From NCBI GenBank assembly GCA_030704615.1, contig CM060734.1:15128001-15192000 (forward strand): a stretch of DNA of 64,000 bases, read 5' to 3'. The notes beneath the pieces were generated by a model. The model made no database searches and was not told the origin of the DNA. It saw only the letters and a list, made by a program, of their open reading frames with translations. Of this stretch, positions 49,286-61,803 are shown piece by piece. Each line of letters begins with the position of its first letter. Within the stretch, counting starts at the first letter, position 1. The position numbers and the translations under genes are program-made. This DNA is from Takakia lepidozioides. Its lineage: Eukaryota > Plantae > Bryophyta.

Positions 49286-51452
49286 GTGGCACTCCGATCC
49301 GCGTCCACAGCTAGTCACATGGATAAAGATTATGACATGGACATCCGCCAGGAAGAAGGCATGGATGTCAGCGACATGCACTCCTCCGACGAATTATTCT
49401 TTGCAGCAGAGAACAGCTATCAGGCCCGTTCCACACATAGCCCTGCGAAGGTCAGCACTGAGCGGACTCCAACAATTCAAGCCATCACCACCCTAATGTC
49501 TGCAACAACACCCAGGAAACGGCGCATCCCACCTCAAACTGCAAACACCTTGCCAGTACAGCTCCCATCTACCACCCCCCACTCCAAGAGGGCAACTAGC
49601 GAATCCAACAGCGAGGCTGGCAGTAGCCCAGCTGACTCCAAAAAATCCAAAGGCACTGGCACACCAAGCCCCTTAACACATCATGGTTCCCTATTTCTCT
49701 CCAACATACAACAATACTTGATGGGCTACCCCACACTCGAGCAGCATACGAGGGACTCAACGTTGCCCTTGGTTGTTGAGGACCGCTCCTCGTTTGAACT
49801 CCAACGCATTGGCCTCTGCAACTCGGAAATTCACGAAATGCGCCACTGCCCCAAGGCTTACCCGCACGTCCCCCAACTACACTACCCTTCAGTAAGGCAC
49901 GATGGACGAGAAGGCCAATTTCTCTCCCTCATGCAGCTCCCCCAAGGCACCCAAATTGACCCCGTATCGGGCCTCTCAGCTTCACCCCCGCACATTCTGA
50001 TTCGCTTTGATAGCGACACCGACATGCCCAAGGAGCAAGCGCTCTACCGGGCCCGCAAATGCCTTGAAGTCATGAACATCCCACTTGGCAAGGTCCTCTA
50101 CTCTCCGATCACAGCCTACACCAAGCGCGGGAGTAAAATGTGGAACGGCATTCTCAAGGTGGAGCTACTGCACCCAGCCACGGACGGCATCGCACTTCTC
50201 CAAGGCAACCGCGCATTCGTCATGACCATGGCATCCGGGGAGCAGATGCAAGGTAAAATAAAAAAGGCATATGACCTTCCCGCCTCACCCGACCACCTCT
50301 CTCTCTATTTGGCCAGTGATATCCTACTTGGCAAAATAGCCAGCAAGCTAACCATGCATTTCATCATGGAAATGCCCCAACATGGAGACAAATTCAAAAT
50401 CGTACAGGTTCAAAGGACAGGCCCAGCATCAAAGTTTTGTTTCATCTATCTTGCTGCAGCAGACTCCAAACAATGCATGTTAGAACAAGGGGTGCGAATT
50501 GAGCATACGTTGATCAAACCACAACTACAAACACGACGCTCCAGTATGACTTGTATCACTACAACTCCACAGGAGGCCATTGCGGAGTGCGATGCCCTCA
50601 CCCTAGTGGCAAAAAATCTCAACCCACTTCATTCACAATCGGCCACAGAAGATGCCCTCTATGGCATCTTTGGCAAAGACAACGCTGAGCACATTCATTT
50701 CAACTCAATGACAGGATGGAGAAAATTCGGCACACAGGGATGGCTCTAATCACCTGCAAGAACCCTAGTGTATATGCCCAATGGTGCAACCGTCCGCCAG
50801 TCCTAGTTATCGACAGACTCATCAAATTGAGCCTCACACGAATAGCCTCAATGGGGCTACCCCACCAGCAGCCGAGATTCTGGAATGACTGAGAGTTGCT
50901 AACATCAACCAAGCACTGGCCAACACTGTCAACTCCCTCACCATCAAATCAACATCAACTTCCAAGCATGGGCACGAATTCCTAATGTCGGAGATTGACA
51001 AGAAACTGGCTACGCATGCCATCTCTATCAAAACCGAATTCAAGGGTGATCTGGCGAGCATAGAGAACAGGGTCGCCCTCACCATGGCAACCCAGCACGA
51101 AGCTCACCACAATTACCTTGTGTTACTCCAAGAATCCATCACCAGAAATCTTGGAGCTAATCTGGAAAACTTCTACAACCACGCTAAGCTAGTATTGGAC
51201 AAACTGCCTCCCCCCCCAGGGGTGTCTACTTACGTCTCCCACGGCACCATGGTGGATGTGCAGGGTAGAGGCCCTAGGCCCCTGGCTCTGATCGAGCTCC
51301 CGCTCTCCACTCCCCCGGGCTTCTTATCCAGGCCGACCACCGTTGCCAAAGCATCTCTCCAGCCGCTTCCTGACCCTGCGCCGCCCATGCACACCCACCA
51401 CGCTCAGTTGACGAGCACTCTCACCATGCATGCCAACATGGATAATGCCTAA
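49286..51452 (+). mobile_element. LINE ORF1-like region (frameshifted near 50720)
   Basis: A 487-aa ORF and its continuation (coiled-coil-like segment 50985-51452) lie directly upstream of and co-oriented with the APE-RT ORF. No other product is recognisable. Confidence 0.6.
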
Positions 51453-52599
51453 GTCTACGACAGATCGCCACAGCCAAGTTCCTGCCAGTAGAATGCGCCA
51501 GCTCGCTCTCCCTCTCTTAGTGCTCACTTTGCTCACACAACTTCTCTCTCTCACGTTTTGCCACAACCACTTTGTAATTCTCAATTCCAATATGCAATGT
51601 CGTGATCTCTTCTCTACTCCCCTGCTCTTGCCCCACATTTGTTCAAAGCACCCCCCTACTCCAACAACCCCCCCCCCCACTCTTTCCCCTGTCGCGATTC
51701 AATGCTGCCATTGGCGCGGTGATGAGCATTCTGGACCACCTGCAATCCATGACGCAAAGTACCACGACCGCGTCCCTACCAACACACCCTGCACTACCCA
51801 CTCTCTTAGCTACTACTCCCCACATAACATCTGTTGCAATGCATGGCTTCCCCACTGTTCGTTCCCCATTAACATACACAACTACACCCCCACGCCCCAC
51901 TCTTCCTGCCACCCTCTCACATCCTTTGCCATCGCCCCCAGAGTGAGCAACTTTCCACTCCCTGCCCACCCAGCCTTGCCCGTCACAGTAACCCATCACC
52001 TGCCCTGCTCCTGGCACGTGGCCGATGATCATACGCGCCACATAACACCCTATTCAAAAATCCCAATCATTCCGCCTGGATAGTCCTGGCACCCTTAACC
52101 GTCATTTCCCCCACTCACAAATGCCCTCATCAACACTCATCCTTACCCCCACTCATCCAACCACGCAACTCATCCCCCCTAACCCTCACCCTACTTCCAT
52201 CCAGATCTCGACACCTCATTCCACCCATACCACCCTACAACCGCCTACTCTACCCTCCCCCCCCCCAGCCACCCTCCTCTCTAACACCCCTGCCCTTTCC
52301 CATCCACCCGCCCCCACCAGCCACCTCCCCACCCCCGGATCCCAACCCCCAAGCGCTTACCTTGGGCTCTTATACATACCTCCTCCACCCACTCAATCTT
52401 TCCCACTCCACCCCTTTCCAATCCACCACACCATTACACTTATTATCCAGCAGCTCTTTAAACCCCCGCCAGCCACTCTTAAACCCCGCCATGGATCCCA
52501 AACCCACCCTCCATGTACTCCCCCCAAGGTCGAATCCCCTAGATAGATAAGTCAAAAACACTTTTATCATCACCCCCCCAAACCAAACAACCTATACAC

Positions 52600-55500
52600 G
52601 AACATCTGCTGACCCTCCTACTTCTCCGCTGGGGGGAACATACATCCAAATCCCGGACCTTCTACCCTCGAGGAAATCATCAGCGAGTCCCCCATCAATG
52701 CACAATACAGATATGCATTATAACTTCCAGCCGAACACCATGTCACTAATGCATAACTATCGACATATCACCGACCATTTTGCTCCCTTCTTCCCCCGCG
52801 ACCCATCCACACACCACCCACCAACAGCCCATGTTACAAACTTTTGGACTCCCCACTAATCCTTGCCCAGCGCTATCTAAAACCTAAAAAACTCCAAGCA
52901 TTTCCACAATCCCACCTTCTATTTGCTCTCATAATACTCATCTCTCCCTTGCCGGATACATGTAACGGCTTTCTTCACTCCCACTCTTCATCCCTCCTCC
53001 GTCCCTTCCTTTAACAACTACAAGACCTACCCCTGCACCCCCATAAACTACTTAGCACCGCCCACCCCCTACACACCATCCATCCTCCCTAAATCTTCTG
53101 CAGTCCCACCCAGGGTACAATTCATAAAGCCCTCGGAGCCCACCTGGCTACCATCACCACCCTAGATCCGGACACCACCACAACCACTCAAAAATTCCCA
53201 TTCCTCTCCAAAGACATCCTTTTAGCCACTCTAAGAGCCACCACCCCCCTTCCAAGCTTCTCCCCATCCTAGCCACCTAACCCACCCACCCCCCCCCCCT
53301 ATCACTACCCACTCCGCCTCACCAGCCTCTCTGCCCACCACTAGCAATAGCTCCCTTAATATCACCTCCTGGAACGTAGGCTCCCTAGCTACCAGTATAC
53401 AGAGCCCTCCACCTCATCACTGATTCCCGCCCCCACATCATCCTACTACAAGAAACCAAATTGCATACCAGTAACACTAATAGCTCATACATTAACAAAC
53501 TTCTCCCGAGGACTACTACTTGTTATACATCAACCCACTCACTACGCCACAGTGCCTCCTCAGGCGCTCAGCACCTTATAAACCCATAAGAGGTGGGGTG
53601 GCATTTGGCATCCTGCGCTTGCACCACTCCCCTAGCTCCACCACTAAGATATTCGTATCCATCCATCTTCGCTCCCACCTCCAAATCCTACACCTTCACC
53701 CCCCGGCCTCTGCCCTATTCTACTCATTCATCTCTACATGCCATCCCACACCGAGGACCTCTCATCCATCCCTGAAATTCTCAATTACCATATCCGCGGC
53801 ACTTTACTCACCCCACACATCAACATGACCACGTTCGAATGGCCGGGGACATCAACAGAGATTTCATGGCACGCACCGACCACCATCGCCAAGCTGACCG
53901 ATACCCTGGGCACCTTCACCAGTCCCATCATCACCTCGCATATATCATCTCAGACCACCATTATTCTATACAAGGTGGCCTCAATTATTCCTTACTAAGC
54001 CTCATTGATGGATTCTACCTACGTACCAGCAAGGCCATCCCTCCTCACTTGCAAAGCCATGTACATATTGATAGCCTATGTAATTTCGACCTACCCTACC
54101 CACCCGATCTCCCTTTCCCTCCCACCAGCACTCTCATCCCCTTTCGACCAGTTCCCATCACGCAGGCACCACCCCTTCAACCACGTCTCCTCTCCCCTCT
54201 ACCCTATAGTAATATAGCCGCATTCAAATCCCATTTTTTACCCAGCCGCCTCCGCTCCGCCTTAATGCTCACCCTCTCGCACACCCTATCCGACTCGAAC
54301 CTTTCCCACACCCGGAACCATGTGGCTTGCAGCTGAACGTACCCTCACATCCATCCTACAACTCATGACCACCAGCGGCTCGCCACTTGCTCCTCTCCCC
54401 CGGAACTCCCTCAAAACCCCCATTCACAACAAAACGGGGGCTACCTTACACGCACTCAAAAACGCGAATGGACCTCTTATCTCAACACATACCACACCAT
54501 ACGTCGCGCCCTCACGATTATCCCCAGCACACCCACGACCACCCCACTCAACAACTGGTCCACCGATCGCCGTATCTTTTGCTTAACGCTTATCCCCTCT
54601 CTGCCAACCACTTCTACCCCCGCCGTCCGACCCCACAGCCATACCCAGCTGGATTGCTACCCTAGCCAAAATCGGCAGGGATGCAAAGAAGGCCGCATAT
54701 AACATCACCAAACAAAAAGCCACTGCCAATCACAAGAAATCGTCTCATCCTTCGGAAAATTTTTACGTGATTACCCTAAGCGCGCCCACAAAGCCATCTT
54801 CAACCCTGCCCTCACCCCCCCTATCGACTGCCTCAGACACCGACATGGCCACCTCGTAACCCACCCGGACGATATTAAGAATGAAATCTGGGCGCAAGCC
54901 TCAGCCTCCTACACACCCACAGTCAAGCACTGCCTCCACCCCATCAAACATACTAACGACTGCTTATGCAGCGTCAAACACTACCCTTGGCATGACATCG
55001 ACAGATTCTCCTTAGATAAACGTGGGGCCCCTGAGGATACCATCCTCTTGTTCTTCACCATAACTATTTATGACTCATGTCTCAAATCCCTATCCAAATC
55101 CAAAGCCCCCGGTCCCGATCTTATCCCCAATGCCATACTCCAAGCTCTAGATCCTCATTTTCACTCCCTCTTATTCAAAATTTTCCACCTCTATTATCGC
55201 CTACGATGTATTCCTCCATCTTGGAAACATAGCCGTACTATCCTTCTCTACAAAAAAGGGGACCCCACAGATCTCGGTAACAACCGCCCTATAGCTTTAG
55301 CCAACACCAATACAAACTCTTCACTAGTACGCTAACCACAATGCTCTCCTACTATGGAGAGCAGCACCCTAGTGACCCCCAAGAAGGCTTCCATGCCACT
55401 CGTAGTACCACTCGCCAAATACAATATGTCCTATCCGCACTCGAAGACGCCAAACTCACTAAACATGACATCTATCTCCTGTACATTAACTTTAAAAATG

Positions 55501-56477
55501 CCTTTGGATCTCTTGACCATGCCCGACTTCTCGCCATTATGACGGACCTGGGCTATCCCACTTACGCTATACAACTCATCGGCAACATCTATACCGACAG
55601 CTCCACAGAATATTCTGGCTCATACTACGGTTCCACTCCCCCTATCCCAATTTTGCGAGGCACTGTCCAAGGAGATACCCTCAGCCCTTACCTGTTCATC
55701 ATCTTCCTAGAGCCCCTTCTTAGATGGATCGACCGAGGTAAGATAGGCTACCGCTATAAAACCTCTAACAATACCATCTCTGCGGCGGCCTATGCAGACG
55801 ACCTTGCCATCCTTGCCCACACCCCTCAACATATCAACCGACAAGCAGACAAACTATTTAGATTTAATCAATGGTCTGGCATGGAGCTCAGCCTCCACAA
55901 ATGTGCAGTCACCGCAACTACCCATCATAGCAAACTCACCAAAGCCACGACAGCCTCACACTGCAAATTGTATAACTACCAAAACAAAAATTTGCCCTTC
56001 TTAGGCCCTGACGAACCCTACACCTACCTAGGCATACAACTAGTCCCCTCCCTTACTTGGCACCTACAAAAATCCACTACAATCGCTAAATTGACTGACA
56101 AAAGTACGGCCCTCCTCAAATCCCCAATATCCATCCGTCCCAAACTCTCCCTCCTTCAAACCGTACTCAAGCCACAAGTCCAATACTCTTTCCACGCAGC
56201 CCCCTTCTCTCTCCCAGATCTCAAATTAATTGACAAACACTTCATCCAACTCACTAAACGCATTTGCGGCCTACCCACTAGCACCCCCAATGCTCTTACC
56301 CAGCTCCCCACCGACAACTTTGGCATAGGTACTATCCCGCTACTTACCTCCTATGCCCGCACCCTGGGCAAGCAACTTCAAGAAGCCCTCAATGACCCTG
56401 GCCGGCTAGGCCTTATCTATAGAGGTCTCTTTCAATTCCTGGCTACCAAATATAACGGCCTCCACTCCCTACCCACC
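52600..56477 (+). mobile_element. LINE ORF2 (AP endonuclease plus reverse transcriptase), degenerate and 3'-interrupted
   Basis: APE: ITSWNVGSL, IILLQETK, AGDIN, LIDGFY. RT: KAPGPDLIP, RPIALAN, QEGF, NFKNAFGSLDH, GTVQGDTLSPYLF, YADDL, YTYLGI. The RT frame is cut at 56478 by an LTR. Confidence 0.93.
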
Positions 56478-57650
56478 TGACGAGCCCTGAGCGCGCGCGG
56501 TCAGGGTGACGGCATAGTAGTCTAGGGGGGCCGAGGTAAGTTGCGGTGTAGGTTGGGCTCACTGAACCGCCTACCCAACTGCGGTTAGTGCAGGGGGTCC
56601 GTGGTCGTACATGGCGGCTATGATCACTATCTAAGTCCTACTGGCAAAGAGAAATCACGTACTCCTCTTCACAGGGCGAGTTTGCATTTCTAAGTCCTAC
56701 GGTATCCTACAATCTACTCAGTAACTGTTTTCCAAGTCTTTGTGTTTTATTGTCTAATTCCTACCGCCTAGGCCCCCGAGCCACCTATAGCCGGGACATG
56801 TTTTAATCCCTTCACAAGGCACCTGCCGAGCCTAGGGAGAAGAGGGAAAATCGTCCTCTCCCAATGCCCCTCCTTTGCCGAGGGCTTGAGTTCAAGTCAC
56901 CTCTAAATGGAAGGGCCAACGCTTTGTCGCGGCCCTTTGCCTTGAGGGCAGGGGGTCGGGACATATGAGGGGCTGCCCCTGTGGTGGGGGCAGCGACAGC
57001 GATAGGTATGGGGGCTGAAGCAACCCTTGAGTGCCCAAGGCACTCAGGGAAGCGGAGGCGCTCACTAGGTGGAGCCCCGCACACCGGGTTGCGGTGGGGG
57101 TGGCTCCACAAGGGGTGGTGGTAGCTTAGCGGGACTTAGTGGGGGTGGCATAGGACTCACCATGGGGGCGGAGACCTCGTGGTGGGAGTCGTGGGGAGTC
57201 TTGGGACTCATCACGATCCATAGGGGCCGTGGTTAGCGGGCCAAGACTCACCGCGACTCATCACCGGGAGTCGAGGGTTTTCATGGTGGTTCGCCATAAA
57301 ATGGCATGGGTGGTTGTGAAACCCCTGTGGACAGCTACAGAAGTATATATAGGGAGTAGTAACCCCGAGAACGGTGCAAGCCCGTTGGTGACCAAAAACT
57401 AGTGAGTAAGCGAGCGAGCCGGAAAGCGACCAAAGAGTGGGGAGCTGTTCCGGACTGCCATCTACCAAAGGGAATTCTCCTAGTCCCAAATAGGTGGAGG
57501 GTTTAGTGGGAAGCGAAGGGGGACCGTTATGTCCCGGTGAGCAGCCGAAGCTCCAAGTTGGCCCGGGCGGCCAGGTTGGGAGTCAGGCGCGCGCATCAAA
57601 GCGAGTAACTATGACTTGAAGGGGAGCTTACCGAAGTGAGGTGCGCGACA
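56478..57650 (+). mobile_element. Long terminal repeat (1173 bp, TG...CA)
   Basis: It begins TGACGAG exactly where the LINE RT stops, ends GCGACA, and is followed 2 nt later by a PBS. Confidence 0.75.
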
Positions 57651-57652
57651 CT

Positions 57653-57663
57653 TGGTATCAGAG
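57653..57663 (+). promoter_or_regulatory. Primer-binding site complementary to initiator tRNA-Met
   Basis: TGGTATCAGAG immediately after the LTR-terminal CA. Confidence 0.85.
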
Positions 57664-58379
57664 TGTCAAGTTAAATAAGCACAGTGTGAAAACAGCTAGA
57701 ATAAAACTAGTTATTTGTATTTAACACTTGGATTTAGGTCAAGTGTTAAATCAGGTGTCAAGTTTAGTTTGACACCTGGTCCGTCTTATCTTCACGAGAG
57801 CGGCAGTCGCGCGGCTCATCTCTCTCGAGTTGAGCCTGCGCGACCGAGTTCCTTCATTCTTCAAATCTGAGTGTGCTTATGATGGGAGTGTAGGTCGTTG
57901 TGGGGTGGAGTCCCCATAGCTTGGGGATGCCCCTGGCTCGACTATTATTTCAAAGAGTGATGTTGAGGGATTTCATATTTCTGGTGTTGAGAGTGTGTGT
58001 CCTTTCAAGCTTTCTTATCACTCGAGAGAGATGAGCTCTATCTAGTTTTCCAGTGCTAAGCTAGATATGATGTTTTGTTTTTTTAAGCACTATTATAATA
58101 TAAATGGTGGTGGTGTGATGTCAGGGCCCCCATAGAGCCGCTGCGGTGAATGGGAGTTCAAGTAGAGCCAGTGGCTGACATGGAGTATCTCGAACTCGCC
58201 CCTGGAGCACTTTCATTGCTGTGAAGCTAGAGGTAGTGATGCGGAGCTGAGGAGGTGAAGTGGGTGTGGAGCTGGGCGCTCTTCCAAGCCACGGTTTTGC
58301 CGTCCGTCCGGACTACAGGGGGATCGAAGAAAGGTTGCGCTGCTGACTGCTTGGGTGGATGAGAGCCGTGCACCGCCGT

Positions 58380-58790
58380 AGGCAGGGAAGGCAGCGGTGC
58401 TTCTGGTGACGGACGCTGCGGCGCTCCCGGCCACAGTTGTTTTGTGGGTTGTGCAGACCTTGAAGAGAAATCCACCAGTGGCAAGGGGTTGGCAGTGATC
58501 AGCAACGCCTCACAGCTTGGTGGCAAGGTTGCGGCAGAGGCGTCATCTGTGGACGTAATAATTTCTCTAGTCGAAACGCCCGGCCACCACACTGCAGCTT
58601 GGCTCCATGAGGCAGCACGGATCCTTAGACCAGGCGGCCTGCTCTGGGTGCAGGAGCCCCTAGCATGTCGAGATGTAGCTTCAGATGAGCGTCAAAGGCT
58701 TGGTGCTGCTACTGTGCAGACACAAGCAGCGTTGGAGCGTGGTCTTTTGCTGGCAGGTTTTGTTGGTTCGAAAGTGGCTTGTGTGCAGGC
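58380..58790 (+). pseudogene. DRE2: Anamorsin/DRE2 (CIAPIN1) N-terminal methyltransferase-like domain fragment
   Basis: AVLLVTDAAALPATVV (frameshift) ...VISNASQL...ASSVDVIIS...EAARILRPGG...LERGLLLAGF matches the plant DRE2 N-domain. There is an upstream in-frame TAG, and no C-terminal Fe-S cysteine motifs are visible. Confidence 0.8.
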
Positions 58791-59249
58791 AATGTCACTG
58801 TTGTGGTATCAAGACTTTCAGTCTTTGCGACCGTGAGTGGCAGATCTTGCAATAATATTGTGTTGTAAAGCAGACGCATGTCTGTGAAGCCAGTAGAGGA
58901 AAGGACGGTGTGTAGCGGCGTTGTGTAAGGAGAGTGCATCGTTGCTGTGAATGAGCGGTTGTGGCTGTAAAGCAGAAAGGGAGGACGTTCGACGACGCCT
59001 CGTGTCGTGGTGTCAACGCATTACGGCGATCAGATTTCTCCTGTTCTGTGAAGAGCAGATCAAAGAGGATTGGTTCCTTGCTTCTATTCAGGCCGGTTAC
59101 GTCTCTGGAGGGGAGCTAACCCGTTACTGTTCAGGGTGTGCACCTTCATTGTAGATAAACGAGGCGCTTTGGACCCTTTACCGAGGCTTGGCGTTGGACG
59201 CTTTGAAGTTGGTTGATTGCAAGCATGAGTAGAGAACATTACACAGGGG

Positions 59250-59670
59250 GGTATGCATGTGGGCGAACCTTTTTGCTGGTCAAGGCCTGCTCCTTTGGCA
59301 TGTCCTGACTTGGCGGAGAAATTTGCTGCCAGAATTTCAACTGTGGATTGAGGTCAGGTCAATCTCTGACAGGCTACTACACCTGCGGAAGGTATCAGTT
59401 ATGTTGCCAGTAAGATTATTCTGGTTGAATGCTACTGGATCCAAGTTGATTGCATTGCAGAGTTCTGGTGGGATTGGTCCTGCAGAGATGGAGGCTGGAC
59501 AAGTTTTGCCAGTTCCCAAACCATGATGGTATTTGACCAGAGAGCAAATTTCCTTCCACCGAGAAAGAGATGATGTTCTGAAGAGGAGCCAGCTCAGCAG
59601 GAATAGGGCCACTCAGTGAATTGAAAGCAAGGTCAAGTACCTGCAGGCTGGAGCAGATCTCTTTGGATGA
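59250..59670 (-). pseudogene. LRR receptor-like kinase ectodomain fragment (EMS1/EXS-like)
   Basis: LQVLDLAFNSLSGPIPAEL...FSVEGNLLSGQIPSWFGNWQNLSSL and GPIPPELCNA...NNLTGNITDTFRRCSSLSEIDLT are plant LRRs, with an internal deletion and frameshift. Confidence 0.8.
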
Positions 59671-60430
59671 GTGTGCATCACAACGGTTCTTTGGCACACT
59701 CATGTTGCAGCATGAAATTGTGAGCAGTGCGGGAGGCAAAGAAGACGGGGCCCATTGCAGAGCAAGGGTGCTCCCTGCTATGAGTCAGTTCTTGCCTCGT
59801 CCTGCTGCCGCTCACTGTTGCAAGCTCTATCTTCAGCCGCAGCGTGCAGGCCCAGTTCGAGGAAGAGGAGCAAGAGCGTAGGAGCAGATCCGCCATCGCC
59901 AGAGCTCAGATGCCCCGCCATCGGAGAAGATTCACAGGCTAGTTGATGAAATTTCCAGCCTCACTCTACTTGGAGTTTCGGATCTCACAGCTCTGTTGAA
60001 CTCAAATGAAATGGAGGGGAACAGCAGGCACGTGGCCAGGGAACCTAGGGAACCATATAGAACTTAGGGAACCGGGAACCAGTTCCCAGATATTTTGGGT
60101 GTAACTTTAAATTTTTAAACTTGAAAACCTTTATAAATAAAAAAATAAATAAATAAATAAAAAAAAAAAAAAAACCCTTTGATCTAATTTAAATGATTTA
60201 GAGCCAAATTGGTCATATCTTTGTCAAATAAGCTCCGTTTGACTCAGTTTTTGGGGGGATAGCTGCAGAAAGGGGAAATCTACCTACCTAGACCTGGTTT
60301 TTGTTTTTGGGACTCTACTAGAAATCTATGGAATTTTTATAGTGTGAGTGTGCCATGAAAGATCCACAATCCTGTTTCTAGAACCTGTTCTGGTCTACAT
60401 GAGAGATAAATCTAGGGATGCACTCCTTGT

Positions 60431-61060
60431 ATGGCTGGGGGAAATGAGGACGTAATTGAAGGGCAGGTCTCTTCTCTTAGCCTGTGCACCCAAGGGGACA
60501 AAATTTATGTTTCCCAAGGAACTCAGACTGATTTGAGTGGAGAACAGTTGGACGAGTTGATTGCATACTGGGAGTCAGGCATTAGCAGTAGACAACAGAC
60601 TGCTGTAGTTGGCGTTGAGGGCCTCAATATCGCCTTGGACAGTCAGAACTCTGTTGGAGCCAACAGTTCTGCAGCTGTAGGTGAAATACCAAAGTGGGTG
60701 AAAGCTAGGCTTGGAACACAGCCAAAGACAGCCCCGGGTACCAAGGTGTTCAGCCACAAGGTCGTGGTGTATTGGAGTAGAGGAGCAGGAGCTACACAAG
60801 TTTGTGCAATCAGACAGCGTTGCAGCCGGACATGCTCTGCACAAGGCAACCACGAGCGGGGGTTCATTTGCAAGGACAAGTTTGCTCTGCTTGAGGGCGA
60901 TGCAGTCATCCGCAATGAGGACACCCGCAACCGTCTCAAAGCTTTCGAGTTGAGAGACTATCAGACCCTACCTTTGTTTTCTTTAGTGTTCAGTGAGCGG
61001 AAGATAGGGGAGTATTGCTTTGTCTCTACTTGGCAGAAAGAGGAGGAGGGTTGGAGTTGA
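60431..61060 (+). CDS. 209-aa ORF of unknown function upstream of the gypsy gag
   Basis: An uninterrupted ATG-initiated ORF with no recognisable motif, probably retroelement-associated. Confidence 0.35.
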   Translation: MAGGNEDVIEGQVSSLSLCTQGDKIYVSQGTQTDLSGEQLDELIAYWESGISSRQQTAVVGVEGLNIALDSQNSVGANSSAAVGEIPKWVKARLGTQPKTAPGTKVFSHKVVVYWSRGAGATQVCAIRQRCSRTCSAQGNHERGFICKDKFALLEGDAVIRNEDTRNRLKAFELRDYQTLPLFSLVFSERKIGEYCFVSTWQKEEEGWS

Positions 61061-61803
61061 TAGCATAGATCAGGATTAGATCTTGCTTGGTCGGGCTTCT
61101 ATTCTTCCCCTCCATCTCTGTACTATTTTCATTACCTTATACTTGTAGTTGCCAAAGCCTCTCTTGGTGGAGGCCAGTCAGTCCGGGGTTTTGGGCTGGG
61201 CTATTCTGCAGGATCAGCATTGCAGCTGGATTTTGGTGTGGGGGTGTTGATGTTTTGATTTCTTGTGTTTGGATCCCCCCCAACACCTGCATGCTTGACT
61301 GTGCGCCATGTTGGTTTTGTGTGGGCGCTTGCTTTCATAGGGATTAGGCCGGATTTGATCACCGGTCAATCCTAGAGTATGCTGTCGGTGGTGAGGCTGG
61401 AGTGATGACCAGCAAGACCACCAGTGTTTCTTCTATGGTGAGGCTGGGTTGATGACCAGCCAACCATAGGAGTTCTTGCGGTGGATGCAGGTGCAGGTGC
61501 CCTGAGCCATTGGGATATGACCCTTAAACTGCAACAGGTGCCCACCCGTGTCACTATTAGATTAGTACTAGAGCCTTATAGTGTCACGTGGAGGAGGTGC
61601 ACATTGTGAGTGTCATTACGGAGTTACCCAAGGGTTTTGAGGGGAGTACGGCTACAGGCAGTAACAGTGAGAGTGGGTTCACAAGACGAGGTATTCGGTT
61701 CAGACCACCTTCACCGCCACCCTCAATTACTGTAGAGTCAGACACAGACTCGGAGGCTTCATCAACAGGTGTGCACTTTCATTCGCCATTGTTGTGGGAC
61801 GAC

